This document shows, in pieces, positions 61,064-64,000 of a stretch of 64,000 nt of DNA. The notes beneath the pieces are model-generated. The model made no database searches. It saw only the letters and a list, made by a program, of their open reading frames with translations, and had not been told where the DNA came from. Positions within the stretch are counted from its first letter, which is position 1; every line of letters begins with the position of its first letter. The position numbers and the translations under genes are program-made. The stretch comes from Eledone cirrhosa (taxonomy: Eukaryota): NCBI GenBank assembly GCA_964016885.1, contig OZ024743.1:59706001-59770000 (forward strand), in the 5' to 3' direction.

Positions 61064-63184
61064 CGCTGCTCAGCTTTATAATATTTGAGAGTGAAGAGCG
61101 ACAGAGAGGGTAAAGCAGTTAAATTATAGAGAGGGAGAATGATCTATTATAAAGAGAGGGAAGAGCGACGGAGAAGTAAAGCTAAGAAACTATAAGAAAC
61201 TATAGGGAGGTGTGTAGGATACATACATAATACATACACACGACACTCAGCTTTATAATATTATATATATATATACAGCGAGAGAGAGAGAGAGAGAAAG
61301 ATAGAAAGAGAGAGACAGAAAGAAAGAGCGAGAGAGATAGAGTAATGGAGAAAGAAAGAGAGAAAGTGTGTTAATGCGTTTTCCAGGTAAACCGGTGGTG
61401 GGTGATGCATGTTCCATGAAAAGCTTCTGTGTTTTGCTCATAGTTCGCATGTACGCTTACCAAAACCCTATATCACATCGAGTTTTCTAATTAATCTAAT
61501 CCCTACCACATTCGCAATGAGATATCATCTGCCAGTAATACACATTTTATATATATACAGAGAGAGAGTGAGAGGGGGGTGATACAGTAAGAGAAAAAGG
61601 CAGTTGTTATTTATTTTACGGTAGAAACATATAGAATTGAAGCCCCTAAATACAGATTTATGTTGTAGAAAATATCTAAAAGCAATATAGATTTCCCTAA
61701 TTCGTGAACCGTCACCAAGTTGAAATAATTTTAATTTTATGAAACATATTTTACTTCAATGTTTATGGAACTGGAACTTATTTAACCCAAGCTCTTGGGT
61801 TGTATCCTTACTACTTCAGTACATCGCTCTCCTACTGGGTCACCCGTCTAAATATTATTAAACAAATAGAATTTATTACTTTCTCCATTACATCTCTCAA
61901 TTAGTTATTTTCATACAATATCGATTTATTCATTATATTCACTCTTACTATAATTTAAATAATTATTTTCAGAATTTACTTTTTGTACAATACTCCAGAC
62001 ACATATAAACAGTAGCTCTAATGAGAAGCATAATAAGAAAACAAGATGTATATTCATTTCACTCAAATCATATTACCCTAAACCTATACATTTTCTTTTT
62101 GTGGCGAATTGTATATCACTATTGTTTTGAAACGATATAAACAATTGCTAAAAATGTTTCAAAAATACGAAATAGCAGATAAAAAAGTAAAAGAAAATAG
62201 GGAAAATGAAATGGTTTTTAACTGTTGATGAATTTGTTGGGGTACTGTCCTGACACACACATATCTTCCCTATTGTAAAACTGATCGAGCTCATCTTGTT
62301 TCCCATAAAATGTAGCGATAAAGGAAAACCAAGCATGTACTGGATGATTAATTGATTTATTGTCTCAGAAAGGATGAACGACAGTGTGGACCCCGATGGT
62401 AATTGAAGTCAGAGCACATTGAACCGGGACAAATACGGTAATATTTGTAATCCAACGCACTAGCGACTCTGCTAACTCGGTACCGCACAGAGCGGATATC
62501 ATACAATATTATAATAGAGACAGTGTATATTCAGTAAAAAGGTCATTCCACGAGAATACACAAATATTTCATTAAAAATGCGATAAAAGATGTATACATT
62601 ATGAAAATGATTTCTGAGTACATTGGACTAATAGAAATATTTCAAAATTATAATGAAGTAGAATACAATAATCCGTTGTCATAGAAATGTTATCGTTTCA
62701 CTAAGATGTGCAGAAAATATCCTTCCTGTCTAGATGTATATATTTTATAAAAACGCTTTGCGATGTAAGTACGCATTACAAATATCCTTGTATATGTAAC
62801 AAAACAATCTTTTTCCGTTAATATATGTAATTTTATTATTTTTGTTGTACCAGCCCATGGGTTATCCTCATACTAGGCATTGCTGCATGTATGTGTATAT
62901 ACGAATTTATCGTTCACCGTATTTCGGTAAAAAGAAAACGAGAATTCAATGGGAATGCCACTGGCTCTTAACTCATAGGAGTTTCGTAGGCAACAACACA
63001 GTGACATCCAGCATGTCTTCAGCATTTAAACTCCGTTGAAGCCACCCTACTCTCAAAGTTTAAGTACATTTGATTTCTTCTAGGGAAAGACAGACAGTGG
63101 AAGTAGTAAATATCTATTGAAGTTAGATAAAACTTTGTAAATAACTTGTATTATATTTAATGATATTGCAACTCCAGAGCGTTA

Positions 63185-63358
63185 GATTGGCAGAATCGGT
63201 AGAACGTCAGGAACTATGCTTTGCAGCATAGACATGTGACCCTTTATATTCTGAGTTCAAATCCCGCCGAGGTTAAATTCGCCTTTCATCCTTACGGGGT
63301 CGATGAAATTAAGTATCAGTAATGCACTGGGCTAGTTGCTGGCAAAAAGTAGAAACAT
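63185..63358 (+). mobile_element. tRNA-derived SINE
   Basis: Core and tail match 3402-3596. Confidence 0.8.
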
Positions 63359-63775
63359 TTATATTTACCAGTTTCAAAAGGAAATTTTAACATCATTGGT
63401 ATCAGTTTCTGGATCCGGCGTTTTATCGATTCTACCAAACCGAGTCCTTCTGTATGTGAGTATGTGAAGGAAACCCTCCGAATTTCTTTAACATATACGC
63501 TTTTCCTCTTCATTTATTCCAATAAATGGATTTTTGCAATGCTAAGACACAGCTATATACATAGGTATAACTGTCTATATTATTCTCCGTATTTGAACTC
63601 AGAATGGCAAGGGCCGTAACTCTATACGGCAAAGCATGTGTCCGACCCTCTATCGATAGTGCTTTGTCACGCGTAATCATCTTGAGAATTGTGTTAGCTG
63701 CATATGGTCTGTTGAATGCTCAAACAATTGCTCAGTAATATCATGATCAAGCATTTCCGCTGCACAACCTTTTAA

Positions 63776-64000
63776 TAATAATAATTGTTTCTTCGTTTGG
63801 CACAAGGCCAGCAATTACCCAGTGCATTACTGGTACTTTATTTTATCGACCCCGCAAGGATGAAAGGCAAAGTCAACTTCGGCGGGATTTGAACTCAGAT
63901 CGTAACTATGCTAGAAAGCATGGCGTCCAACACTCTACCGATACTGCCAATTCACCTTTTAATAATAATAATTGTTTCTACTTTAGGCACAAGGACAGCA
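63776..64000 (-). mobile_element. Tandem SINE copies (63776-63956 complete; 63961-64000 3' tail of the next copy)
   Basis: Reverse-complement matches with (ATT)n tails. Confidence 0.82.

Overview
AT-rich, microsatellite-dense eukaryotic genomic DNA with no recognisable host gene; the SINE families resemble those I recall from octopus (inference). Nearly all informative sequence is retroelement-derived. (1) A ~19 kb head-to-tail array (12.8-32.1 kb, all minus strand) of nine R4/Dong-type RLE non-LTR retrotransposon units from two families, separated by (TAA)n tracts; one copy carries a strong AT-to-GC, mostly sense-strand A-to-G, substitution bias. (2) A nearly intact Penelope-like element (RT + GIY-YIG, ~55.5-58.2 kb) and other Penelope remnants, including a 3 kb palindrome at 33-36 kb. 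(3) At least five unrelated small repeat families carrying type I hammerhead ribozyme folds, several with recurrent non-canonical cores, arranged as foldbacks or partial tandems next to (TA)n tracts, i.e. a candidate Penelope-mobilised retrozyme-like system. (4) CR1/L2-type and Tx1-type LINE fragments, a CRE-like fragment and many tRNA-derived SINEs. All alignments, folds and counts were done by eye.
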